DNA of 64,000 bases from an uncultured Phycisphaerales bacterium (lineage in GTDB: Bacteria > Planctomycetota > Phycisphaerae > Tepidisphaerales > Tepidisphaeraceae). Below, piece by piece: positions 33,901-46,170 of this stretch. The stretch is taken from assembly GCA_963755915.1 (NCBI GenBank), contig CAVWLP010000002.1, positions 3,424,001 to 3,488,000 of the forward strand, read 5' to 3'. The notes beneath the pieces were generated by a model. The model ran no database searches and was not told the origin of the DNA. It saw only the letters and a list, made by a program, of their open reading frames with translations. The translations under genes were made by a program, and so were the position numbers. How positions within the stretch are numbered: position 1 is the stretch's first letter; each line of letters starts with the position of its first letter.

Positions 33901-34183
33901 TTTCGGCAAAGGCTACACCAACTGGGATCAGGGAAACTTTCTTTACGGCAGCTCCGTCAACGGCTCCGATTTCGCCGCCCTCGCCGCCAACTTCGGCCAG
34001 GGCGACAACGGCGCCAATGCCGCGGTTTCCGCCGCCGACATCGCGGCCCTGGATTCGTTCGCCATCGCCAACGGTTTGCCTTTGCCCACGATCGGCGCGG
34101 TGCCCGAACCCGCAGCCGATTCACTTTTGCTCTTGTCCGTCGTGGGTACCCTGTACCGCCGGCGAAGGATCATTCAGGATTGA
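30965..34183 (+). CDS. Large PEP-CTERM protein with F.QTGGTN beta repeats and dockerin-like module (frameshifts near 31060 and 32620)
   Basis: GGAGG RBS and signal peptide at 30965, GDANLDGTVNGSDF, VPEPAADSLLLL..RRRR. Confidence 0.85.
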
Positions 34184-34220
34184 ACTCGTGGAGCCGGGGC
34201 GCCAGCCCGTCTTCCCTCCC

Positions 34221-35192
34221 CTAAAATTTTTCCCCCACCATCTCCTCGCTCTTCTTCCAAAGTTTCCGGGCCGTCTCCCGATCCAGCGCATAAGCTCGCA
34301 CTCCCTCGCTCACGCCGGTCATCTCATTCGGAAAAACTTCGCCTACATGGCAATTCTCGCAATACCGACCGCCGACTTCCTCGCCCGGTGCCACCACTGC
34401 CGCCCACACTGAAGTCGCCGCTCCCTGCGGAACCGTCTTCCATATAATCGGCGGCTTCCCCTGCGCCACCAGTTGCCGGCTCATCTCGTCGATTCTCGCC
34501 CGCAGTTGATCCAGATCCATGTGCCGCGCCAGCTCGGTCTGAATGACTCCCGGATGCACCGCCGTTGCCCGCACGCCGCGGCTGCGGTGCCGCTCGTCCA
34601 GCGCCACCGCAAACAGAATATTTGCCGTCTTCGACCGCCCATAGGCCACGAACGGCTCATATTTCGTCCGCTCGAAGTTCGGATCCTCCAGATCGACGTT
34701 GGAAAACCGATGCCCCGCCGAGGAAAGGTTCACGATCCTTCCGCCGCGGCGGATCAGCGGCGCCAGCCGGTTGATGAGCACAAAATGCCCGAGGTGGTTG
34801 GTCCCAAACTGCGTTTCGAATCCGTCCACGGTGTGCCCGAACGGCGTCGCCATCACCCCCGCATTGGCGATGATCCCATCCAGCGGTTCGCCCCTTTTCA
34901 CCAGCCCATCCGCGCATGCCCGCACGCTGCGAAGGTGCCCCAGGTCCAGCTCCACCAGCTCCAATCCCCCGCCCCCCGCGGTGGCATCCCTGCGCACCTG
35001 CTCCATTGCTTTCTGAGCCTTGTTCAAATCCCGCGCCGCCCCAATCACGCTTGCCCCATGTGCCGTCAGCGCCCGTGCCGTCTCCACTCCTATCCCCGCC
35101 GACACTCCCGTTACCAGGATCCGCTTCCCATCCAGCCGAACACCGGCCAGAACATCTTCCGTCGTTGAATTCGCTCCAAAATGATTTGCCAT
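34221..35192 (-). CDS. SDR family oxidoreductase (retinol dehydrogenase/WWOX-like)
   Basis: VTGVSAGIG, NAGVMATP, FGTNHLGHF, YGRSKTAN, VHPG. Confidence 0.92.
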   Translation of the reverse strand: MANHFGANSTTEDVLAGVRLDGKRILVTGVSAGIGVETARALTAHGASVIGAARDLNKAQKAMEQVRRDATAGGGGLELVELDLGHLRSVRACADGLVKRGEPLDGIIANAGVMATPFGHTVDGFETQFGTNHLGHFVLINRLAPLIRRGGRIVNLSSAGHRFSNVDLEDPNFERTKYEPFVAYGRSKTANILFAVALDERHRSRGVRATAVHPGVIQTELARHMDLDQLRARIDEMSRQLVAQGKPPIIWKTVPQGAATSVWAAVVAPGEEVGGRYCENCHVGEVFPNEMTGVSEGVRAYALDRETARKLWKKSEEMVGEKF

Positions 35193-35277
35193 GCAAAACG
35201 GTAGGAGCCAAATCGCGATTTGGCCACTCCCCATGATGCCCACGCACACCCCTGAAAGCCCAAATTCAAAAAAATAA

Positions 35278-35333
35278 TCTCATGCAGAGGCGCAAAGGGG
35301 AAAATCTCTGCGTCTCTGCGCCTCTGCGTGAGA
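35278..35333. repeat. Intergenic palindromic element TCTCAyGCAGAGGCGCA...CTCTGCGCCTCTGCGTGAGA
   Basis: 20-bp inverted arms. The same element lies inside the pilin leader at 61084-61146. Confidence 0.8.
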
Positions 35334-35340
35334 CTCGTCT

Positions 35341-37426
35341 TTAGGCCGGACTTTGCAACGCCTTCAGCAATGCTTGCAGATGGCCTTCATAATGCCGCCA
35401 TCGCCCCACCGACCGCGTATAGATCGGCTGGCGCACCTGCCAGGCGCTGGCCGTCAAAACCGTGTTGCGGCTCCGATGATATTCAAGGCACGCCGGGTCC
35501 CAGCTCACGCCCAGAAACTCAATCAACCGCCGGCTCTGCCCCTCCAGGTTGGCCACCACCGATTCGTATTCGATCTCGATCATGCGCAGCGGCAGCGCCC
35601 GGCGCCAATGCTCCGCCAGACGGTCGATTTCCCTCTGCCAGTGTCCGCAGTGGGCCAGGTCAAACGAAAATGTGTTGCCGGTCCGGAAGCGCCGGAAATA
35701 ACAGGACAGGCATGTGTCCCGCGGATCGCGCCGGCAGATCACCACCCGCGCCGGGGAACATCAACGCCACCATTCCCAGGTAAAGAATATTACTGGGCGT
35801 CTTGTCGATGATCCGCAGTGCGCTGCCGTCCAATTCGCGAAGGTGCCGCAGGTGTTGCGCGGCGGCGCCTTTAATCGCTTCGCGCGTCCAGGCGATCGGC
35901 GCCATGCGACCATCAGACGGGCTCCAGGATTCCGCGATCCGCCGGATGGCCCACATTTCCCCGGCGCCGTGAATCTGCGGATGCCCCGCTGCGATCTGCT
36001 GCACCAGTGTCGTCCCCGAGCGCGGCATCCCCACCACAAACACCGGAAGCTCCGTCTCATCCCCCCAATCTCGGCGCAGAGCAAAAAATGACGCAGAAAA
36101 TGTTTCGATCAGGTCACTGATCTGCTGATGCGATGCGGCCGGGTCGTACGTGTCTCCCGTCGCCTCTCGAAGCCGCTTTTCGCTTGCGTTCGCTTTTGCA
36201 AACAGCGCAAAAGCCTCTTCAAACCGTTGGGCATCATCCAGCACGCTCGCCAGCGCGAACTCCATCCCCACCCGCTGCTCGTCGGTGAGATTCGTCTGAT
36301 TCAGCGCCTCCGCCAACTGCTGGATCTCCTGCTCCGATTTTATCGCCCCGGTCCCCGCGAGGTTGTAATGGGCGGCGGGCGAATTGGGCTGCATCTCCAG
36401 GACCTTTCGGAAACAATTGGCCGCCTCATCGAACTCGCCCATCGACCGCAGGACTAATCCCAGATCATTCCACGCCGAAACCAGCGCCGGATTGACGGCC
36501 AGCGCCGCGCGGAAACATCTCACGGCTTCTCGCGCCGACGCCTCATCGCGCCGGTGCAGCAGAATCTCCGCCATCGCGTAATGCGTCAGCGCCGCGTCCG
36601 GATTCAGCGCCGCCGCCCTCGCCTGGCAGGCCAGCGCTTCCTCGAACCGCTGCAAGGCTGCCAGCATCACCGCCATTCGCGCGTGCGCCTCATAAAAATC
36701 CGGCTTGGCCGCCGCCGCCTTTGCATAACTCGCCAGCGCATCCTCAAATCGCCCCAGCCAGTCATAAACCCGCGCCAGGCCGCTCAGCGCCTCCACGGAA
36801 TCCGGCTTGAATTGCAGCGCACGGCGATAAGACGCAATCGATTCTTCCCCGCGCCCACTAACGCGATGCACCTCTGCCAGGCTGATATGCGCCGCCGCGA
36901 AATCCGACTTGAGGGCGATGGCCCGCAAAAGAGCCGACTGCGCTTCGTCAAAATGATTCTGCCTGACCTGCACATTCCCCAGCTCATAGAAAGCCCAAAA
37001 ATCGTTCGGATTGAGTTCAGTCGCGCGCCCAAGCTCAACAGCAGCCTCCTCCAGCCGCCCGCCCAGCGCCAGCATCGCCCCCAGGTTGCGGTGCGCCATG
37101 GCGTCGCCGGGCCGAAGCTTCAGCACCGCGCGGTAGCTCTCGCCGGCGCCATCGATGTCCCCCTTGCTCGCGCGCACCGCGGCCATGGTCTTATGTGCAT
37201 CCGGATCATCGGGATTGATTTCGATCGCCCGCCCGGCGAGTTCCGCCGCTTCCTCAAGCTTGCCCTGCTGCCCCAGCAACGTCGCCAGCCGATGCAGCGT
37301 CCGCGCATCCCCCGGCCGCCGCGCCAAAACTTCCCGGTAGATTTTCTCGGCTCCCGTTAAGTCTCCCGTGCGCTGATGCCGCCGAGCCGATTCGATTTGC
37401 CTGTCGATCTCAGGGTTCGATTCCAT
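35341..37426 (-). CDS. TPR-repeat protein with sulfotransferase domain (frameshift near 35750)
   Basis: Multiple TPRs, PVFVVGMPRSGTTL, IDKTP.N, RRDPRDTCLSCY, TASAWQVRQPIYTRSVGRW. Confidence 0.9.
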
Positions 37427-37539
37427 TCCAGAAATGGCTCATTAAAGCCGAAAATTGCTTGCCCATTCCACCCAATCCACCCAGTTTGTTGCGGGCTGTT
37501 ACCTTTTGTACCCAATGCCTCCCGCCCCCAAAAAAAATC

Positions 37540-40500
37540 TCACTCTGTAGAAAACTGATAATTCCCCGACTCAATTTCAAACACCGCATCGCTCCCTTCC
37601 ATCCTCAAAAATTTCCCATCCGTTAGATGCACCGACTTCTGCGACTTCGCTGGAATATAAACCGTTCCCGTCACCCCGGGCGGAATCGTCACCCCCAGCC
37701 GCACGCCGGTGGAATCCCGATGCCATTCCGTCGAGATCGGCCCGCGGATCGAGTCATACTGCGCCTTCACCCAGGTGATGTCTCCCGCCATCGCCGGCTT
37801 GATCACTACCCGATCCCACGCCACCGAATCGGCCGCCGGCTGAATCCCCGCCAGATCGCGGTAAAACCATTCAAAAATATGCCCCAGCATCAGATGATCC
37901 TGCGACGCGTTCGGATTCGCATCCCACGCCTCCGTCAGGCTCGTCGCCCCGGCGCCAGTTGCAGCCCATAACCAGGCCGGTCTGTCTGGTTGTTCACTTC
38001 AAAAATCTCATCCGACCTCCCATGCTCCGCCAGCGCCTGTAGGACGAATCGATATCCCACATCCCCCGCGGTGAGCCCATCCCCGCGCGATTTCATATCC
38101 GCAACGATGTGATCGACGATCGCCGGCACATCCGCCGCGGGGGCAAGCCCGAACACCACCGGAATCGCGTTAGCCGTCTGGCTCCCCGTCGCATAAAACT
38201 TCCGGTCGGCGTGATAAAACGCCTTGTTAAACGCCTCTTTCACGGTCGCCGCCCGCGCATCAAACTGCCGCGCATCGTCACCGTTGCCGAGCACTCGCGC
38301 CGCATCTGCGACCGTGCACAGATCGCGATAGTAGAACGCCGTCGCCGTCAGCGGGATCGGCGTGAGCTGCGAAACGCCGGGCGCATGCGGACCAAGGTCA
38401 TACCAGTCCCCCAGCCCATAACTCACCAGACCGTCTTTCGATCTGCTCGAAAGATACCCCACATAATTCTTCATCATCTCATACGAATCCCCGAGCACCT
38501 GCGTATCCCCGTACCACTGGTACATCATCCACGGAATCATCACCGAGGCGCTTCCCCACTCCGGCGAATCCCGAAAGGCATTTTTAAAATTCACATACTC
38601 CGGCGCAATATCCGGCACCAGCCCGTCCTTGTGCTGCGCATCCCGCATGTCTCCCGAAACCTTGGTGAGCAGCGCCGCCAGGTCATGATCGTAAAGCAGC
38701 GACGGCCCCATCAGATGGTCTTGCTCCAGCCAGCCGAGCCTTTCCCGGTGCGGGCAGTCGGTGATGATGCTCATCGTGTTGCTGCGAATCGCCCAGTCGA
38801 TCAACGTCGCGACGCGATTAAACAGATCGCTCGAGCATGAAAATTCCCCCGCCGGCGCCGACGAGCTGGTGATGAAATTGCCTTCGATCGAAATCAACGT
38901 CGGCCAATTCGGATTTCCCATCGCCCCCGGCGGCGACGCGCCGCGCACCTGAAAATAGCGGCACCCGTAATACGAAAATGAAGGCGTCCAATTGTCCCGC
39001 CCTTTTCCGGAAAGCGTAAACGTAAAATACATCGGACCCTTCCCCATCGACCGCTGCGCGACCATCCCATCCGCATTCAGCACCTCCCCCGGAAAAATTC
39101 GCACCTCGGTGCCCGCAGCGCCTTCCACCGCGATCGAAGGAATCATGGCGCAGTTCTGCCCCATGTCGTAAAGATAATCCCCATTTTTCAATGGAGTCAC
39201 CGAAACCGGATCGAGGACATACGCCACCCGAATCGGCGGCGCCGACTGGCTCGAGCAGCGCAACACACCGCCCGGCCCGTTCATCACCGTCGCGCTCGCC
39301 CAGTCCGAATCCGCGAAATCGGGCAGGTCCCACCCCGGCGGCCTCAAACTCGCGTCAAAATCCTCTCCGCCGTAAATGCTAGAAAAGGTGATCGGCCCCG
39401 CGGCCACTTTCCAGGTCTGGTCGGTTGCCACGTGCTGCACCGATCCATCCTGGTTCTCAATCGTCATCTGGGCGATCACCTGCGGCGAGCCCATCGAGCC
39501 GATGAATTTCACGTATCGCCCCGGCGTCGAGTTATACATCCCGTTGCCGAGCATCACGCCAATCGCATTCGCCCCCGGCTTGAGGAGCGACGTCACGTCA
39601 TATCCGACGTACAAACACGTTTTGCGATAATCGGTCCACCCCGGCTGAAGCAGATCGCTGCTCAGCACCTGCCCGTTGATGTGCAGCTCAAATTGCCCCA
39701 GCCCGCAGATATAAAGGACCGCGCGCTCGGCGCGGCAGGCAGGGTAAATTCCTTACGCAGAATCGGCAGTGCCGGCCCCTGGACCGGCGGCACGCGCCAC
39801 GGTTTGTCGCCGTAATGCGCCAGCGTTTGCGCCGGATGCCAATCGCCCCCTCCCGCGATTCCCGATTCAAGCATCGAATCCCAGGAGGCATTGGTGGCGA
39901 AAATGCGCGGCCCATCTGCCGAATCCTGAATGACGGCCCCCACGATGCCGTCCCGCTGGCCCGTCGAGGTCGCCATCACCGATAGATCGTGCTTGCCGGG
40001 TGCGAGCGGACCGAGATTGAAGGTGCGGGCGCGAAGCGGATCGTCGACGCTGCCGACGTCTTTGCCGTCGAGATAGATGGTGGCGGTATCCGAAGCCGCC
40101 AGGACCAGCCAGGTCTGCGCCGCTGGGTCCGTCGATTCCATTTCGAAGGACTTGCGAAAGACCGCCAGCGCCCCGGCGCGGACGTCGAATTGCCGCTCAG
40201 CGGCCAGATCCACTGGGCGGTTTGCAAGTCGACGGCGCGCGGTTCATCGCCGCGCCCGATCCATTGCGCCCGCCAGTCGCCCGGCGCGAGCAGGCCCATC
40301 GTCCACGTTGCCGGTTCCGTCCAGTCGGACGGGCTGTCGTTCTTGTCCCACACCCGCACTTTCCAGAAATATCGCTCGCCGGAAACGAGCGCCTTGCCGG
40401 CGTAGGGAATTTGAATGGCGTCCGGCGATTTAACCTTTCCCGTGTCCCACAGATCGCCGGTGTCCTTGCCGAGAAGATCGGCAGTGGTAGCGACGAGAAT

Positions 40501-40689
40501 CTGATAGGCCGTCTGAGATTCGGCCTGCTGATCCGAGTTCAACACCCAGCTAAAGCGGGGCGAAGTCGTATCGATGCCGATCGGGTTTTCGCGATACTCG
40601 CAGCGAAGGTCGCCGACGTTCAGGTCGGCGGTGCGCGATACCGGCGCAACCAGGAGCATCACAAAAATCGAAAGAATTATTGAGCGCAT
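37540..40689 (-). CDS. GH78 alpha-L-rhamnosidase (several frameshifts)
   Basis: LRCEYRENPIGIDT..PRFSW, PGWTDYRK, TDCPHRERLGWLE, GLGDWYD, HLMLGHIFEWFY. Confidence 0.9.
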
Positions 40690-43065
40690 TGCAACGTCAA
40701 ATCGTAAACAAAAACCGGCTCGACGCCGACCAGATCTGCCCGCTCGTCCGGACGGCGATCGGACTGGATAAAGATCGGCGCTTTCAGGGGCATCGGCAGA
40801 ATTTTAATCGTGATCCCGGCTTTAAAGATATCCGGTGCGAAACGCTTCAGCTCGATTTCCCATGGAGCGCCGTAATAGAAATCATCGTCGATAAGTCTAT
40901 CGCCAATATACGCCCGCGCGGCGTCGCCGACATAATCGATCCGAAGGAGCGCATTATCGACCCCATTCAGGGCGTCAGATGATGGCTTGATCTCCCACAC
41001 ACCCGCGGAGTCGAAATCCGCATCGCCGGGGGGAAGCGGCTTGTGCCGCGCGCCTATCTCCAGTGGCCGCGGAGACCCTGCCGATTGGAGCTGATGCACA
41101 TCAACCGACATCGTCTTTGCAGGCACCGAAGCGGAATAAATTCCCATGATCCCATCGTTCGATTGCGTAAGCTGCTGTCCCGCGGCGACCGGTGGTTTCG
41201 GCGGCGGGGGGAAGATGCCGATGGAAAGATCCTTAGGATTCTCTGAGGCGCAGGCTTAATGTTGATCCGTCCGCGATCACATCGGCGCGAGACAGCAGCA
41301 GCCGATCCTCTCCCCAAAGCGTCTCCTTGCAACAGTGCATCGCCTGATCGCGGGTCAGAAGCAAAACGCGAACGGAATTTCCGCTGGGAGATTTGAACGT
41401 GCCGGTTCCGTTGTGAACCAGCGCGGCAATCTGATCGGCCGTCGCCCCGGCGATGTCGAACTGCGGATCGGTTCCCGGAATCGAAAAGAAAACGTAGCAG
41501 GGGACCGGACCATCAAGCCGGCAAAGCAATTGCGCCGTGGACGAGCGCAGCGTGACACCGTCCATATCGAGATTAAACGGCCAGATCATGTACGACCCGC
41601 TGGCGATGCTCGCAGGCGCCGCAGGTACAACTTGATTGCCGCCAGCCAGCTCCAGCTCGAATTGAACGTCAGAATGGTCCGGCATATTTGTGCCGCGCTC
41701 ATAATTGTTGACGAAAACGAATCCTGAGTTTCCGTCCGATCGGACGGCCCAGCGTAAAGTCTGATTGTCCGCCAGAGAACTCGGCATGGTGGTTGGAAAA
41801 ACCGAACGCATTGGCGCCAGCTTGGAACCGAAATCGGCCAGAAACATATGTAACAGCCGCAGCGCACGATAGGAATCCCTGATTTGCCCGAATTGTCCGA
41901 TGGGTGCCTGAAAATCGTAGTCGATCACCGGCAGATCGTTGGGATACCCGGTCGCCTGCGATTCCTGAAGCGTGGAGAGCTTTCCAATCAGATCGCCGCC
42001 GCCGTGATACATGTAGTATCCCAGCCCGTTGGCGCCCGAGCCGATTTTGACGAGCGGAAGGGCGGCGATGTCGTCGGTGCTCATGGTGACGCGCCGGGCA
42101 TAGGAGATCGCCATGCCCCCGCCGATTTCGCAGGTCACGTAGGGGTAATGATCCGCCGGCCCCAACACCATCGCGCCGGGTCGGCCGGTCAGATGCTCGG
42201 TGATGTTGGCGTCATCGAGAACGTGCGTAAAGACGTACTGCCGCCGGCCGGTTCGCGAGACGCCGGAATCGGTCAGCCAGAATCCATCCGGATATCCGCC
42301 GTAGAACGGGATCATTTCGTTCTCCGGCCCGCGCGAGCGATTCCAGCCGGTATACGAATAAAGCGGCACATCAAAACCCGCGTTAACCGCCATCTGTTTC
42401 AGCGCCGCCAGATACGGAACCGCGTTTCCGGTTTCGTTGTCGAGTTGAATGCCGATGACCGGTCCGCCATCTTTATAAAGCAAGTCGTCGAGTTGCTTGA
42501 AGACCTGGTCGTACCACGTGCGCGTGTAGCCGAGGAAAACCGGATCGTTTTTTCGCACGCCCTGGTTTTTTTCAGCAGCCAGTCCGGAAAACCGCCGTTG
42601 CGGACTTCGCCGTGACACCAGGGCCCGATGTGCGCATACACATACATCCCATGCTTGGCGCAAAGCTGGACGAATCGCCGCAGATCGCGATTGCCCGTCC
42701 AGTCGAATTTTCCTTCCTGCTCTTCGTGGTAAATCCAGATGCAGTACATCGAGACGACGGTGATTCCGCCGGCCTTCATTTTGAGGATTTCGTCCTCCCA
42801 CTGACTTTCCGGCACCCGGACGTAATGAATTTCCCCCATGATCGGAGACCAGGGTTTGCCACCTAAGGTGAGGTACTGGCTGTTAGCGCTGATTTCGACG
42901 CCTGAAGGATTTTTACCGCCCATTTTCAGTTGGCCGGTGATCGGTGGAGAAATCGGATCAGTTAGATCGGCGGTGAGCGCGGGAGAATCGGCCCAGCCGT
43001 GCGGCGCACACGGCGAGCAGAAGAATGGCCCCTGCAAATATGCCAATCGACTTCATCGCTCGCAT
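40677..43065 (-). CDS. GH35 beta-galactosidase, second subfamily (several frameshifts)
   Basis: MGEIHYVRVP..QWEDEILKMKAGG, IGPWCHGEVRNGGFPDW, GIQLDNE, CEIGGGM, YDFQAPIGQFGQ. Confidence 0.88.
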
Positions 43066-43093
43066 CCACCGCGACCTGGCGGTCTTGAAAACT

Positions 43094-43531
43094 TCAGTTG
43101 CTTACGCCGCTCGGCTGGGTGGTCGAACCAACCATTCCCTGGGCCTGCTGCTTGAGCGCCTGCGCCTCGCGCTCCTCGGCATCGGCCCGGCGCTGCGCGG
43201 AATCCGCTTTCTTCTGAGCCTCGGTCTTTGCCTCGAGGTCTTGAAGCTCTTTCTTCTGATTGTCAGACAGGATCGCAAAAATCTCGTCGTGCTCTTTGTC
43301 GCGAAGCTCTTTCTCCTGGAGAAGGGTCTGGGCATGAATCGCGCGAATCTGGGCTTTCTGATCGTCGCTCAGATCCGGCAGCACATTGAACGGCGAAACG
43401 ATCCGGCTGTGCAGCCCCGAAACCTCCGGCTCGGCCGTTGGTTGAGTTGTCGCTTCATCGGCGAAAACGTAAATCCCCGCGCCCAGGAAACCGGCGCAGG
43501 TAAATGCGATCAGGCAGGGTCTGTTTTTCAT
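43094..43531 (-). CDS. Periplasmic helical protein, Spy/CpxP-like
   Basis: Signal peptide, LSDDQKAQIRAI and ILSDNQKKEL (LTxxQ-like motifs). Confidence 0.55.
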   Translation of the reverse strand: MKNRPCLIAFTCAGFLGAGIYVFADEATTQPTAEPEVSGLHSRIVSPFNVLPDLSDDQKAQIRAIHAQTLLQEKELRDKEHDEIFAILSDNQKKELQDLEAKTEAQKKADSAQRRADAEEREAQALKQQAQGMVGSTTQPSGVSN

Positions 43532-43684
43532 CTCGGCTCCCAAAGCCAAACGAGCTTGGTCTCACCCTCAGGACTGTAAATCCTTACTGCATCGCTAATA
43601 ATAAACTTTGGTCGCGATTGAACGCAAATGGAAGGACAATATGCGACAGCCAAGCGGCAAAGCGGCTTGTGGGAGGCGTTTATG

Positions 43685-44330
43685 TTAAACCGCCGTCCGC
43701 CCCTCGTATTGCCCATATTCCAACCAGTGCTGGAATCCGTCAGGGAATTCCCCATCCATGACGGCGGCTGCCACATCGGGATTGTCCGCAAGATAGGTCT
43801 GCTCGTTGTAGAGGTCCGAGGCAATTCGGCCCTCATACTGGCCGTACAGAATGTACTGCTCATACGCGGATGTGAACGGCTGCCCCGTTATGTAGGGAAC
43901 GATGTCCTGATTGTCCGCGATGTACAGCGAGTTGTCGTAGTACAGAATCGGGCTGCGGCCGTCATATTGCCCGAACAGCACGAAGTGTTCGAAGCCCGAG
44001 GTCACAGACCCTGCGCTGATCGCGGCCCCCACATCCGGGTTGTTGTCGAGGTAATAAGTATTGTCGTAATACAAAAGCCCGCCGCGCCCCTCGTACTGGC
44101 CGTATAAATAATATTGCATGAATCCCGAGCTGACTTTTCCGGCCCGCACCGCGGCCGCCACATCGGGGTTCTGCTTCAAATACCAGGATTCATCCCAATA
44201 CGGATTCGGGTTGTACCCTTCGTACTGGCCGTACTCGACATAATGATCGTACCCCGTTGCGAACTGCCCATCGGCCACCGCGGCGGCGACGTTTGGATAT
44301 TCCGTTAGATAATAATGCTCGTCGAAAAGC
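43685..44330 (-). repeat. Five about 43-aa repeats FDE.YYL..NPDVAAAV..G...SG..H...YGQYEGR
   Basis: Visible in the translation of ORF 43685..46066. Confidence 0.85.
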
Positions 44331-46170
44331 GGGTTCTGGCTCGTGACGGTCGTCGTTTCGATCAGCGTTTTTACGTTGCCTGGGGTAATGGAATAAATTG
44401 AGACGGAATGCGTGCCGAGGCTCAGTTCCGGCACCGCGTAGTCGAAGCCGTGATTTCCGATCGCTTCGCCGAGATCGGGAGTGGAGAGATTGGCGGTGAT
44501 CGTCTGCGGCGCTGGGCCACCGGCGATGACCACTTCAATCGTATTGTCTGAGCCGAGGGCGTTGCGATCGTATGAATAGCCCTTAACGTCCGCGTCACTG
44601 ACGGAAGTGACCACCGACGTTTTCAATTCGCCATAGACCGTGAGTTCGTCCTGCGTTCCCACGAAAACCTGGCCGTTAGCGACGGTGGGAACCGAGAATG
44701 GCACGGTGGAATCGAGCGCATCCACGCCTCCCGCTTCCTGGTCGCTGTTCCATAATTCATCGGCGAGATCTGTCGCGTCGAAAGCGCGAAGCGTATTGGT
44801 GTTGCGGTCGATGAGCCAAAGCACGGGGTCCTGGCCGTTGTTGGAGGTGACAAACGGCGACCCGGTTTCGCTGCCGAAGTTTGATTCGGGCGTGGTGGAG
44901 GAGGCGGTCATTGCCCCTTCAATGCTGATAGTGAATGCGTTGGCGGGTCCGCCGCTGCCCGTGATCCAAAGCAGCTTCCCGTCGTAATAAACCGGCGTGC
45001 TGGTCGATCCGCCCGAACCCAGGATATTGGGCGGCGTGTCATTCCCTTGGCCGTTGGCAACGGAATTGAGCACGTTGTCGTTGTTCGGATCGAACTTTCC
45101 GAGGCTGCCGGGATTTACCAGATAAACTTTGCCCCCGTCGCCGGCGACAGCGAGCGCCTCATCGGTTGGGTATGAGTCGATGAACGGAATGAGCGCCACT
45201 CCCCCGTCGCCGATACTGCTTTCGGATTGATCCAGCGCCGTCCGGTTGTACGGCGTGAAAAAGTTGTAGACGCTGAAGCCCCAGCCATTGAGTCCCTGGC
45301 TCTTGGCGCTGGTCGAGCCGTCGAGAACGAGTTCCACGACGGAGTTGTCATAATTTCCGTCGAGCGGGAAACCGGTGGGGCCATAGTCGCCGGTGGCGCC
45401 GGTGCCATAGTTGGTTGAGAGGAAGAATGTCGAGGCATTCAAAAACGCCGGCTGCCCTCCCCCAAGGGAGATGCCACCGCTGCCGCCGTTTGGCGTGACG
45501 TTGAAAACGCCCTGGAGCGCAAAGCCGCTGGTGCTGAGGCTGTAGGTATTCCACGCGACCAGCCAGCCGTGGTAGGGGGAGACGTTGGCGTTGGAAGTCC
45601 AGGTGGCATAGATGACGCCGTTCTGGAGCGTGAGGGCGCCCTGATTCAGCTCGCGCAGCGCGTTGAATTGCACGACCTGGCGTCCGGTGCCGTTGTACGG
45701 ATCGGTGACGCTGCCGTCGCCGGTGCCGTAGACGTAGATGTTGGTGTTGATCGCGCCGCTGGCCGGCGTGTCGGAGATGAGATAGGGCGTGGCGACATCC
45801 AGGCCGGTGCTGAGACTGATCGCGTGCAGTCGCTGCACCCAGTTGGCGATGCCATTGATCGTCTCCTTGGTTTCGACGATCACGTAGAGAGCGTTGTGGG
45901 TCGTGTCGATCACGGGCGTGCCGGTGATGCCGATCTCCGGCGAGATCAGCGTGCCGCCGGTGTCGGACGCGGGAACCGTGGTGATCGCAGTTGCGCCAAG
46001 CGTGTTGTTTACGTCGGTGCCCGACTTCGTGCCGGTCCCGAGGCCAGTTGTCACGGGGTGCGCCAAAACCAGCCAGGGCGGGGCGCTTCAAAACCGGCCA
46101 ATGTGCTGACGTATTCTATACCGCATCCGTTCTATCCGACGCAACTGTTCCTTGAGTTATTGGTCCCCGT

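Noticed and set aside
15350-34115. Repeated C-terminal modules as a diversity-generating retroelement TR/VR pair
   Set aside because: No reverse transcriptase is present, all copies are coding, and the differences look mostly synonymous rather than adenine-specific.
46049-46066. IS-supplied TTG start re-expressing the 793-aa C-terminal fragment
   Set aside because: No clear RBS, and the fragment lacks the N-terminal LEPR-XLL segment. Probably an ORF-caller artefact.
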